Shown here: piece by piece, positions 30,380 to 40,518 of the stretch
Position numbering within the stretch: position 1 is the stretch's first letter
Layout: each line of letters begins with the position of its first letter
IMG/VR virus record: IMGVR_UViG_3300025000_000007
Span: 1 to 64,000 of that record
From: a virus
DNA: 64,000 nt
Direction: 5' to 3' (one strand)
The notes under the pieces: model-generated
Told to the model about the DNA's origin: nothing
Seen by the model: only the letters and a program-made list of their open reading frames with translations
Databases searched by the model: none
Made by a program: the position numbers and the translations under genes

Positions 30380-31265
30380 ACGCCCCCAATGACCTTATAT
30401 TCAGGCATATCACATGGGGCAATTACCCGGATACCATCTTTATTTTTTATGAACAGTGGTGCGCCCTCATAGGACGGTAATAACATTTCCCCCACTACTA
30501 ACAAATCTTTTCTAAAAAATCCATACATCCCGTATCCATTTTTAATAAAACAGTGGTTATCGCATACGGAATGTACCGCGCTTACAATGTCTCGCTTTGA
30601 ACGGGATGAATCAATACTGTCATGCGTTGAGAGCATTTCCCAAAATGGCTTTAGGTGGTCTGGCAATTCTGATTCATTTTTGACGGTTATGCAGGACATT
30701 TAAACCGCCTCTTCCATACACATTCTAAGAGGTTCAGCGATTAATGCGGAAATATATAGCCCTTCAAAAAAGAGGTTTACATTCTTCGGATAGTGATAAT
30801 TCTTGATCGCGTTCACGGCTTTCCGGTTAGCCTGTTTGAGATCACGAACTAACATTATAATCCCTCCTGAATGGAGATTTTAACCTGTTCTAAAATCTCT
30901 TTTATGTGTGGGTAATAATATGAACATTTTTCAGTTTGAAAATCTGCAATCTCATCTAAGAGTGATTCGCTCTCTTGTTTTGTAATTGAAGTTATTTCGA
31001 TGTCGCTCATGTTTTTATCTCCGTTTCTTATATTCCCTTCATTTCTCCGGTTTCGTCATCCAGTTCAACAATTACCATTCCAGGCAATAATTTCTTTTTT
31101 ATATATTCAATGTGGTTAAATTTTGAGACTAACAATTCCATGTAATCCCTGTCTAAGTAGGTTGCGTTTTTTTGGAATATACATATTTCAGTCATTGTTC
31201 TTTCCTCTTCTTTTTCATAGTTTCATAATTATCAAGAACCCTTGTTAATACATCATTAAAAGAGA

Positions 31266-31751
31266 TTAATTTTCCATTTGTTTAATTTCATTCCGAAGTT
31301 TTTTGATTTCCTTATATTGTTTTTTAATTTCATTTTTGAGTGATGTTATTTCATTCTCCCGCTCATCAAATTCACTAAATACACGCCGTATAGCGGTATT
31401 GGGGGACTCATTTGACCTCATGTTTCCAAGAATCGCAATTCGGTTATATATTTCAGGGGTCACTCTGATTCCTTTATATTTTCCAGCACCGACTAATGTT
31501 GTATCCCGCTTGCACCAAATCGGATTATCCAACTCACTTATTATAACATCTTGACATGCTAACCACTCGAATGCAACTTTATTTACATTTCTCATTCCAT
31601 GTTTGGTTTTATGGTTGTGGTATACACTTCTGTGAATATCACGTGGGATGTATATTCCGATTCTGTCATCGGGTTCGATATGTAAATGATGAAACTCATA
31701 TCCTCTTACCCATGAGTTCAACGGTAGCTCATTTCTATATGGTGTATCCAT
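31266..31751 (-). CDS. HNH-like domain plus RHH/coiled-coil protein
   Basis: EFHHLH...IP..IH...H, then GIRVTPEIYNRI...ESPNTAIRR. Confidence 0.5.
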   Translation of the reverse strand: MDTPYRNELPLNSWVRGYEFHHLHIEPDDRIGIYIPRDIHRSVYHNHKTKHGMRNVNKVAFEWLACQDVIISELDNPIWCKRDTTLVGAGKYKGIRVTPEIYNRIAILGNMRSNESPNTAIRRVFSEFDERENEITSLKNEIKKQYKEIKKLRNEIKQMEN

Positions 31752-31776
31752 TGTTCTCCTAAAAAACTTAATATTA

Positions 31777-31920
31777 TTACTTTTGCTTTTTTAAATCTCT
31801 CTTCTTTACCGCGCCAGTTGACACTAAAATAAAATCATGCCATCCCAATCCAGACGCATTTTTTAACGGCTCTAGTTTTGCCTGTTCTTCATCATTAAAA
31901 AACACATTTATGTTTAACAT
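31777..31920 (-). CDS. Small RHH/CopG-like regulator (not in ORF track)
   Basis: MLNINVFFNDEEQAKLEPLKNASGLGWHDFILVSTGAVKKRDLKKQK with GAGG RBS; first gene of the leftward operon. Confidence 0.6.
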   Translation of the reverse strand: MLNINVFFNDEEQAKLEPLKNASGLGWHDFILVSTGAVKKRDLKKQK

Positions 31921-31958
31921 ATTTCAATCCTCATGTACTCTACTATACGCCGATGTTA

Positions 31959-32017
31959 TATTTATAGTTAACTAACTTAGCTACTAAGTTATAAACTAAG
32001 TTAGTTAACTATAAATA
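31959..32017. promoter_or_regulatory. Perfect 22-bp inverted repeat at the main transcriptional divergence
   Basis: TATTTATAGTTAACTAACTTAG (31959-31980), 15-nt spacer, CTAAGTTAGTTAACTATAAATA (31996-32017). Confidence 0.8.
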
Positions 32018-33241
32018 CTTTGAATACCTAGTATTAGTATAGAAAAAACGGGATGTTCTTTCCTAAAAAAACAATCAAAAAGGTGAATATGATGAGCGAC
32101 AAAGAATTTAGGATACTGAAATCAAATGCCTGTACAAAAGTCGGCAGGCCACAAACTAAAATAGAATTGCCAACCCCTGTAAGTTTCTCTCAGTGGTTTC
32201 TCTCAGGTGTCCGTAAGTATCAAAAGAAAGGTGCAGTTTTTGACCTTTCAAATAATGGAATTGTAAAAATAATCTGGCCGGGGAAACCTGCTATACTCAG
32301 AACAGTTGCAGACTTTGAAAGAGAATACGCTGAATACTGTTCTAAATTTACTCCAATTTGTACTATACCGTTTGAAGAAAACGCGGGGGTGATGGCGTGA
32401 ATCGCCTAGAATACCTCTCAATTTTATTTCCTCACATGGTATCAAGCGTGAGAGCAGCACGGTATCACATGAGAGTCAAAAACAAGAGGGGAGTGTTTTA
32501 AATGCTCTCCTCATACCGTAAAAATAAACTGTTTATATTCACTCAGTGGGGAACATTCTTTTCCTATCAAAAGAGGAACGGTAGGGCGAAGGTGAGAGTG
32601 TGACGAAATTAGAAATACCACTCACCCCTGAACAGGAAGAAACCCTCCTGCTCGGTATGATTCAAGCGGAAACCCTCTTCATGGATATCTCATTCCCTGA
32701 ATACCCATCTCCCATCACCGCGTTAGATTTGATGTTCAGGGATGCAATGAAGATGGAATCAGATATCAGAAAAGCGGTTCCGGGGGATATACCCCGGATA
32801 AGAGAGTTTTTCGATACATTGAAACTAATCGAGGAGGGTTCTGCAAAATGAAAAGAACATTTGAATTGCTACTCTCCCTTATACAAAAAAGAAGATTATT
32901 CATTGAGGGTCAAACAGGAAGGCCACTCTTAAAAAAAGATGTGAAAAGTTCACCTGTTAAAAAGATTAAACTTGCTAAAAAGAAGGATATTCCGGGCATC
33001 GTTGACCATCCAGCGTGGCGCGCAATGTTACTAAGTGGAGATGCATTTTTCGCGGAGCGTGCTGTTTAATGTCTCGTTGTTGTCAAGATGCCCCTAAAAA
33101 AATGTTAAAACTCCTTGACAGCAAAGACAGGATACTCGACCGGTTACAAATTGAAAAAAACGTTAAACGTCGAGAGAAACTTGAAAATAAATTAAAATGG
33201 ATTAATAGATCAATACTTAAATATAACAGGAGAAATTAAAA

Positions 33242-33580
33242 ATGAAAATCAAATACACAACCGAACACGATATAATAGCAGATCTTGAAACACAACTTCT
33301 ATCACTCGATGAACAAGCGGAAACCATTGAATCTCAGAAGAGGCATATTGAGAACGATCTCAGAATGCAGATAGAAATCAAAGCCGAAGATAAAGCTTCT
33401 GGACTCTCAAACGAGAAAAAGAGACAGATAGCATATGAAGAACTTGCTGATTGTAACGAGGAATTACAGGAATTTATCTCTGAACTCAGAGATATAAGGC
33501 ACGAACAGCGGTTTATTAAGATCGAGCTTGGAAATGAGGGAAGAGCATACGCGCTTAAGGTAGCTGGAGCATCTAATTAA
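33242..33580 (+). CDS. Coiled-coil phage protein
   Basis: Heptad-rich with SNEKKR motif. Confidence 0.5.
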   Translation: MKIKYTTEHDIIADLETQLLSLDEQAETIESQKRHIENDLRMQIEIKAEDKASGLSNEKKRQIAYEELADCNEELQEFISELRDIRHEQRFIKIELGNEGRAYALKVAGASN

Positions 33581-33631
33581 CTATTAAACCCGTTTATCAT
33601 TTTTTAAAAACCAAAATGGAGCGATACCAAA

Positions 33632-35038
33632 ATGTCAAATATGGATTTATTAAACGATTCTAAAATGAAAATTCTCCTCGGCCTCAGAGGATTTGCTATT
33701 GTAAAAATCAATGAAAAATCAGCACAGTGGAGAATAAACAGTGAGGACATTCTTGATATTGATGTTTCCTTCCCTCCTACACTATGGGAAGCAAAACATA
33801 AAGGGAAAGTCGTTGACTGGTCTTCTGGAATTGGGATTCCTGCGAATATCAAGGGTATGATTGAAACACTTGTTGAGGACTATAAGACGGCTTTAAAAAA
33901 CATAGGGATCGAAGGAGAACCGCAGGAAAGCCCTGCTGAAGTAGTCCCTATGGAATTCCCAAAAGAGGAAGTAATTGACGCGCAGACTGGCGCAGAAGAA
34001 GCCGATAAAATGGCTCAGCTCGAAGCTATAATGAACGGTGAAATTGAAGCACCCACCGGCATAAATAAAAACAATGTACCTGAAACTGTAAATGCTACAA
34101 TCGAACCACCAAAGAAGAATGAATGGACACAAGGTGGATATAAAGCAAAAGTTCAGAAAATCGGTTTCGCAGAAGTTACACCAGTTAGACCCGGGACTCA
34201 GATAAGACCAAGTAGGACACTCCGAGGACTTACGCCCAGGCTTGCAGAATGCGGCAAGATCAAGATAGGAAGGAAGGGAGAAACTAAAACCTCATCGAAG
34301 GGGAACCAGTTCAGATCCCCAGAAAAGCTGGATCATTTCGTAATTACAACAATGGACAAAGAAAATGATGATTTCGTGCAAGACGAAGCATTAATGACAA
34401 AACTAGGGAGATGGGATACATTTGGAGGTTACCATTGCAGAGAGATCCCTGTAAGGCTTCCTTATGATGATCCTTCGCTTAACTTCCCGACATCATACGC
34501 TTACTATGATAGTGCGGCGTGTAAGTGCAGAGGGGACGGATTCATTGCATTAACCGCCGAAGGGGAAACTGTAGAATGTAATCCAGAAACCTGCCCAAAT
34601 GTAAAAGATAAGAGATGTAAGCCCAATGGAGTCTTATCTCTCATACTGGATGATGCCCCTAGAGTCGGGGGAGTCTATAAATTCAGGACAACCGGCTGGA
34701 ATTCCATAAACAATATATTTTCATCTATGGAGTTCATTAGAGGTCTTACAAACGGACTTCTTGCGGGGCTGCCCCTGATGCTTACACTTACCCCTAAACA
34801 TACGGTAATCCCTGGCACAAAGACCAGTACCACCATTTACATGGTCAACCTTGAGTACCGGGGATCTTTACAGGAAATGGTCGCAGCGATCCAACAGACC
34901 ATGAGTACACGTGCACTTATGCAGTATTCAGTAAGGGATTTTGAGAAACTCGCTGAAGAAGCACTGGCATTGCCAGAAGCACCAGAGGAATGTAAAGAGG
35001 TTGCAGAAGAGTTTTATCCTGAGTCAGTGAAAATTTAA
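33632..35038 (+). CDS. Gp3-like (recombination directionality factor-like) phage recombination protein
   Basis: GKIKIGRKG...PEKLDHF, CRGDG, C..CP...CK and GGVYKFRTTGWNS motifs. Confidence 0.6.
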   Translation: MSNMDLLNDSKMKILLGLRGFAIVKINEKSAQWRINSEDILDIDVSFPPTLWEAKHKGKVVDWSSGIGIPANIKGMIETLVEDYKTALKNIGIEGEPQESPAEVVPMEFPKEEVIDAQTGAEEADKMAQLEAIMNGEIEAPTGINKNNVPETVNATIEPPKKNEWTQGGYKAKVQKIGFAEVTPVRPGTQIRPSRTLRGLTPRLAECGKIKIGRKGETKTSSKGNQFRSPEKLDHFVITTMDKENDDFVQDEALMTKLGRWDTFGGYHCREIPVRLPYDDPSLNFPTSYAYYDSAACKCRGDGFIALTAEGETVECNPETCPNVKDKRCKPNGVLSLILDDAPRVGGVYKFRTTGWNSINNIFSSMEFIRGLTNGLLAGLPLMLTLTPKHTVIPGTKTSTTIYMVNLEYRGSLQEMVAAIQQTMSTRALMQYSVRDFEKLAEEALALPEAPEECKEVAEEFYPESVKI

Positions 35039-35204
35039 TTCCTTCATCTTTTTTTTAATTAAATAATTACTTTTTTTATACTTTTTTCTTTTTTTGATCA
35101 AAGCTTACTGATATTTTTATAATTATACGCTTTAAATAGTGATATACTGATTATATATGATTAAAACACAACACATATAAATATTATCACTACTAAAAAG
35201 AGGA

Positions 35205-35460
35205 TTGTTGATGAGGTACAACTCAACAACGAGTAGGGTTTTTGCCACACACAAAAGCGGAGTCGCTCCCGCGTGTGGTTGTTCCCTGCTTTTCGTTTTT
35301 AAGGAAGAAATACTTAGAGGGTTTATTCGCTCTTGTTTGTTTTTGTCTGAAGGGGTAGATCTCTGACACGATCCCGTTTTGTAATGGTCAACGTTTTTTA
35401 ATTCCTGCAAACTCAAGCCCGTTTTTATGTCTCAGCGAAACATGCTGGCCACTTGAGCAC
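35205..35460 (+). ncRNA. Candidate structured non-coding RNA
   Basis: Locally GC-richer intergenic block with several nested stems, about 25 nt downstream of a TATAAATA box. Confidence 0.4.
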
Positions 35461-35527
35461 TTACTAAAATAACATACTAATATATATAGATTTTTAAAAG
35501 TGTGCTATATAAAAATATTTTAATAAG

Positions 35528-35986
35528 TTATTTCTCCCAAAATCGCCACCATTTTCTTTTTTCACCCTCAATTTGTTTTACTTCTGAACTCCTGAAATAC
35601 TGCGCAAATACGTTAAGTGTCTCGGCCTCCCGTGTCAAATCGTTGATGCGCTTATCCTTTTCTTCTAGGAGAGCTTGCATACCTTCCAGGCGTGCCGCAA
35701 CTTCCGAAGAGTGAGGTAATTTTTTTATCTCATTTTGTAATTCTTCAATTTTAGCGTAATTCTCGCGTAATTCGGCCTGTACTTTTTGTATTTCATTTTC
35801 GTATTCCTGTATTACGTTTTCTTCAGGAGGGCTTTCTTGATGCGTATTACCTAGTATTATTTCTAGTCCCTGCGTAATACAATCCGTCTTGTCTTTAAAT
35901 TTGTTAGAGTTTACAGCTTCTAATAGTTTATCATGCAATGGCTTTGGAATTTTTGCGTTTACCGGGATGCGTATTTCTATGGACAT
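35528..35986 (-). CDS. RHH plus coiled-coil protein with C-terminal KRKWWRFW amphipathic tail
   Basis: PVNAKIPKPLHDKL...KTDCITQGL, long heptad region, then WWRFW; this architecture is common in plasmid DNA-binding proteins. Confidence 0.6.
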   Translation of the reverse strand: MSIEIRIPVNAKIPKPLHDKLLEAVNSNKFKDKTDCITQGLEIILGNTHQESPPEENVIQEYENEIQKVQAELRENYAKIEELQNEIKKLPHSSEVAARLEGMQALLEEKDKRINDLTREAETLNVFAQYFRSSEVKQIEGEKRKWWRFWEK

Positions 35987-36121
35987 ATTTGAAAATACAG
36001 GGGATTGATTATTAATATTTCGGAAAATACATTATAAATATATTAATAAAAAATTTACTAAGTAGAAATGTATATATACAATAAGCATTAATTAATACTT
36101 AATAAGTAATAGGTAATTGAC

Positions 36122-36289
36122 ATGCAAGAAGACACAGAAAATGAAACGAAAACAATTAACCTAGACATTAAGCTAAAAAGAAAGATAGAGGAATACAATT
36201 TTAAGAACCGAAAAAATAAAATAAATGTTTCTAAGGTTTGCAGGGATGCGCTTTGGGAAGAATTGAGGAAACGTGGAGTAGAAGAATGA
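36122..36289 (+). CDS. Small RHH/antitoxin-like regulator (not in ORF track)
   Basis: ...KTINLDIKLKRKIEE...INVSKVCRDALWEEL; ATGA overlap with the next gene. Confidence 0.6.
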   Translation: MQEDTENETKTINLDIKLKRKIEEYNFKNRKNKINVSKVCRDALWEELRKRGVEE

Positions 36290-38325
36290 CAATTAAACAT
36301 GTTAAACAGGAATTACAAGAAAACTTCATTGAAATGACTAAAGAATCTACTCATTTATTTGAAGTAGATTTAGATAAAGACGCACTGTGGGATTTGTATC
36401 TCAGTAGTTTTCCAGCCGGTACAAACGAGATATTCAGAGAAAGGCGCGAGCATGACTGTAGTGCTTGCAGGCAGTTCATAAAGAGAATAGGTAACGCAGT
36501 TATCATAAAAGACAATACCATTCGAACAGTTTTTGACTTTGAAACTGAAAGTTTTGAGTATAAACCTGTAATGAAGGCACTATCAGATTTTGTCAGATCG
36601 AAAGTGGTTTATAATATTTGGGTGAGTAAATTTTCAAAAATCGGAATTGATAAGAATTACGAGCAGACAGAAGGGAAAATAATTGAATGGGAACACTTCT
36701 TCCTGGAATTGCCAAGTAAATACGTGAATAAATCGGGTAAATCTGAAGGAGATGTAAAAGGAGATTTTAGGGCAACAAAAGAAGTATTCAAAAGATCACT
36801 GGAAGAAATTACAGAAGATAGTCTTCTAACCATCATTGAATTAATAGCGTCCAACACTCTTTATAAAGGGGAAGAATGGAAAGGAGTGCTTTCTGAATTC
36901 CTCAAATATAAAAAAGCATATGCTAAGTTAGATTCCGAAACAGAAAAAAATAATTTTACATGGGAGCAGTCCGTAAAAGCCGGGGCAGTGATCGGAAGAA
37001 TCAGGAATCATAGTATTGGCGTTCTTCTCGTTGATATCAGCGGGGGCATGGATTTAGACGAGGCTGTCAGGAGATATGAAAATATTGTAGCCCCTACCAA
37101 TTATAAGAGACCGAAAGCGATATTCACTAAGAAGATGCTAGAGGACGCAAAAAAGACGATTGAAGATATGGGATACATCAATTCATTGCCCCGGAGATTT
37201 GCAACACTCCACGACATCACAGTTAATAATATTCTCTTCTCAAATAAGGATTCAGCAAAGAAAATCAAGGGAAATGTGTTTGAAGAGATGTCAAAAGATG
37301 TTGCTGTGAACTCAAAGAAGTTTTCAAAAATCGAAGAAATGTCGATTGATAACTTTGTTCAAAATGTTCTTCCAACTGCAAAAGAACTTGAGGTATTATT
37401 TGAGAATAGTCATTCTAAAAGTATGGTGTCTTTGATCGCGCCTGTAAATAAAGATAGTCCTTCAATGTTCAAATGGGATAACGCTTTCAGTTGGGCGTAT
37501 TCTGGAAATATAACAGATTCCTCCATGAAAGAAAATGTCAAATCTGCGGGAGGCAACGTTGAAGGAGTTCTGAGGTTTTCTATTCAGTGGAATGATGGAG
37601 AGTATAATCCAAACGACTTTGATGCTCACTGTATTGAACCAAGGGGAAACGAAATTTTCTATGCAAATAAACGTAATCCCAGAACTACTGGGCAATTAGA
37701 TGTTGATATTATCAGCCCACAAACAAATAAACCAGCGGTTGAGAATATAACCTGGACTGATAAATTTAAAATGCAGGAAGGTATTTACAAATTCTTTGTT
37801 CGCAATTATAATAATAGAGGAGGGAGAGAAGGATTTAAAGCAGAAATAGAGTTTGATGGACAAATATATTCATTTGAATATAATAAAGAACTAAGACAGA
37901 GTGAAAATGTACAGGTTGCCGAAGTTACTTTCAATCACAATACAGGCTTTACAATTGTGGAAAACCTACCCTCAAATGTCTCTACAAAAGAAGTATGGAA
38001 CCTTAAAACGAATCAGTTTGTTCCAGTGTCGGTAGTCATGTATTCTCCTAATTATTGGGATGAACAAACCGGGATTGGGCACAGGCATTATCTATTCATG
38101 TTGAAAGACTGCATTAACCCCGAGCAGCCGAATGGGTTCTATAACGAGTTCCTGAAAAGAGAACTTGAACAGAATAAAAGAGTATTTGAGGCACTTGGTG
38201 GTAAAATGCGAGTGCAGGACACAGATGATCAACTATCAGGTATAGGATTCTCATCTACAAAAAGAAACGAAGTTATTGTAAAGGTAAAAGCACAGACTGA
38301 AAGAGTAATTAAAGTAAAAATTTAA
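36286..38325 (+). CDS. Large conserved phage protein with YfaP/DUF2135-like domain
   Basis: HDCSACRQF Zn-like motif; DFDAHCIEP...LDVD...AVENI motif. Start set at ATG 36286. Confidence 0.6.
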   Translation: MTIKHVKQELQENFIEMTKESTHLFEVDLDKDALWDLYLSSFPAGTNEIFRERREHDCSACRQFIKRIGNAVIIKDNTIRTVFDFETESFEYKPVMKALSDFVRSKVVYNIWVSKFSKIGIDKNYEQTEGKIIEWEHFFLELPSKYVNKSGKSEGDVKGDFRATKEVFKRSLEEITEDSLLTIIELIASNTLYKGEEWKGVLSEFLKYKKAYAKLDSETEKNNFTWEQSVKAGAVIGRIRNHSIGVLLVDISGGMDLDEAVRRYENIVAPTNYKRPKAIFTKKMLEDAKKTIEDMGYINSLPRRFATLHDITVNNILFSNKDSAKKIKGNVFEEMSKDVAVNSKKFSKIEEMSIDNFVQNVLPTAKELEVLFENSHSKSMVSLIAPVNKDSPSMFKWDNAFSWAYSGNITDSSMKENVKSAGGNVEGVLRFSIQWNDGEYNPNDFDAHCIEPRGNEIFYANKRNPRTTGQLDVDIISPQTNKPAVENITWTDKFKMQEGIYKFFVRNYNNRGGREGFKAEIEFDGQIYSFEYNKELRQSENVQVAEVTFNHNTGFTIVENLPSNVSTKEVWNLKTNQFVPVSVVMYSPNYWDEQTGIGHRHYLFMLKDCINPEQPNGFYNEFLKRELEQNKRVFEALGGKMRVQDTDDQLSGIGFSSTKRNEVIVKVKAQTERVIKVKI

Positions 38326-38337
38326 GGAGATATAATC

Positions 38338-38724
38338 ATGAGCACTGAAAATATGTTTGAATTTGCAGCTAGGAATAAACTCAGGTTCCCATTTAGGGGG
38401 ATAGTAGCGACTGAAGACCTCTTTGATTTGTCGCTTACTTCTCTTGATTCCATATTCAAAACGTTAAATTGTGAGTCAAAGAAGGTAAAGGAAGAAAGTC
38501 TGCTTACAGTGCAGTCAAAGGAAGATGAAACTCTAACTGTGATGATTGAAATTGTGAAATACATTGTATCTACCAAACTTGCCGAGGAAAACGCAAGATT
38601 GCAGGCAAAAGAGAAGAGGGAAAAGAAACAGAAGATCATGGAAATTATGGCATCTAAGCAGGATGTTGAACTGGCAGCAAAATCAATTGATGAGCTTAAA
38701 ATGATGCTTGATGAATTGGAGTGA
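38338..38724 (+). CDS. Conserved phage coiled-coil protein, partner of the upstream gene
   Basis: MFEFAARNKLRFPFRG...EDLFDL pattern. Confidence 0.6.
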   Translation: MSTENMFEFAARNKLRFPFRGIVATEDLFDLSLTSLDSIFKTLNCESKKVKEESLLTVQSKEDETLTVMIEIVKYIVSTKLAEENARLQAKEKREKKQKIMEIMASKQDVELAAKSIDELKMMLDELE

Positions 38725-39073
38725 ACAGGGAATAATCTTCCCTCTTTTTTAATATTTCATATCATTACAAAATAAAAACAGTTAAATACTAAGAATTTTT
38801 TCAGTACCCCCACATTCTCAAACGGCGGCTTCATTAGGATAGTCATTTCATGGGGTTTGGAAATAAATAAAGAGAAGAAACTAAGATACGCTCACTCAAA
38901 AGCCATACTTAACACTTCAATAGCCGCCCGAAACTCTCTGATCTCCCGTGTATGGCACTCAGTAAGATGATAATGCAAATGATCTTTAAGCACTTGAACA
39001 GGGTCCCTATACACAGGCTTGGGTCTGAGCCTCAGGTTAAGTTCTATTAATTTCAATATATCCCACTCCATTT

Positions 39074-39304
39074 TTAAAATTCTAAAATATCTTCTACGAT
39101 TTCTTTATAATCTTCTAATTCCTCTTTTGTCAGTTCTTCCTTCGCTCTATACTCATTTAATTTTTTATGCCCTGTCAGCACCTGAGAAACAATCATCCGT
39201 CGCCAAAATGGTTTAATATATTTTTTCAAAAGTCCGATAATGCCAACAGCTATCGCACCTAACCACCATTCAATATTTTTAATATCAAATTCAGCGACGG
39301 ACAA
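39074..39304 (-). CDS. Single-TM small protein in putative lysis cassette
   Basis: WWLGAIAVGIIGLL hydrophobic helix. Confidence 0.45.
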   Translation of the reverse strand: MSVAEFDIKNIEWWLGAIAVGIIGLLKKYIKPFWRRMIVSQVLTGHKKLNEYRAKEELTKEELEDYKEIVEDILEF

Positions 39305-39473
39305 CTTATCTCACTTCCTTATTGTCAGAGACATCCTTTTTACTTCTTCAGGATTTACATATTTAGATTTTTGAGTAGATTCAATCCATATCCGGATTTT
39401 CTCACCATTCCCCCCAATTACTATACCAAGTTCACCCTTTGACGTTTTTACTTTGACTCCACGCTCCATTTCA

Positions 39474-39776
39474 TCAGTCCTTAGCGGCATCAATAATCAT
39501 TACACCAAGCTCCTGGGCTTCAGCCGCAGTGAATCCATCTTTAGAAAGCTCCTGAGCACGTACAAATATTTTTCCGATTTCAGTTAATGAGATGTTCCCG
39601 ATGGCTCCGTTAATCTCTTCGATGAGCCCTGAATAATCTGCCTGGAGTTTCATTGCAGTTTCTCCAAGATCATCAGGGAGAAGCTTAAAACCCTGCATAC
39701 GAGCATATCCATACAATCCAGCTACAACGGTTACAGATCCGCCAAGTGCTCCGGTTATAAAAGATGCAATATCCAT
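39474..39776 (-). CDS. N-terminal TM protein in putative lysis cassette
   Basis: Hydrophobic N-terminus followed by a helical domain. Confidence 0.45.
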   Translation of the reverse strand: MDIASFITGALGGSVTVVAGLYGYARMQGFKLLPDDLGETAMKLQADYSGLIEEINGAIGNISLTEIGKIFVRAQELSKDGFTAAEAQELGVMIIDAAKD

Positions 39777-39993
39777 TTAAATCGCTCCTGTTTTTATTTT
39801 TTCCAATTTTTACAGCTTGAATTTTTACCTTTTTCCAATCCATCGCGAGAACATATACAGAGACAGTCGGAGAAATCTTCGGTTTCCTCATGGTCTGCAC
39901 AATTTGAACATGTCTGGGATGATTTCAGCTTGTCTTTGCGTTGTTTTTCTATTGCTCCGAGTGTTGAATAACAGTCCATGCACATTGTAATCC

Positions 39994-40515
39994 TCACTGT
40001 TTTAAATATATTCCAATCTCCCGATCTCCAACATGCGCCTTCAAATCCTCAATTTGTATTTTTGCATCAATTTCATTTTTACACGCGATCCATATCGCAC
40101 ACTGCACGTCCTCGATAACCGGCTTCGCGGGAACATCAACGAGGGAATAAGTGTATGATGGGAGCTTAAACCGAGATCTAACAGTCGATTTGGACGTTAT
40201 CAAATACCACCTGAGAATAACACTTTTTCCAGTCCCCGCAAGAAAACCAACACTTTCATTCTTTTCTTGATATGTTGTTTTAGTTTCAATCCATTTTGCC
40301 AATATAGTTTCTGCTCCTCCTGTTTCCTGTGCGGTAACGGTTAATGTTCCGGTAGTTCCTGCACTTACTACATACAGCGAAGCAGACAGTTTTTCTATTT
40401 TAATTTGTTTTCCGCTTACTCCGCCTATTACAACCGCTTTTTGTAGGCATTTATCACCTTCACATGATGTATATAGCGTTGAATATACCCGATTTGGATC
40501 TATTACATGTTCCAT
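39994..40515 (-). CDS. Beta-rich hypothetical protein
   Basis: 173 aa directly downstream of the beta-helix gene. Confidence 0.5.
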   Translation of the reverse strand: MEHVIDPNRVYSTLYTSCEGDKCLQKAVVIGGVSGKQIKIEKLSASLYVVSAGTTGTLTVTAQETGGAETILAKWIETKTTYQEKNESVGFLAGTGKSVILRWYLITSKSTVRSRFKLPSYTYSLVDVPAKPVIEDVQCAIWIACKNEIDAKIQIEDLKAHVGDREIGIYLKQ

Positions 40516-40518
40516 TTT

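Noticed and set aside
35207-35235. Hammerhead ribozyme (TGATGAG)
   Set aside because: Lacks the CTGATGA...GAAA core arrangement.
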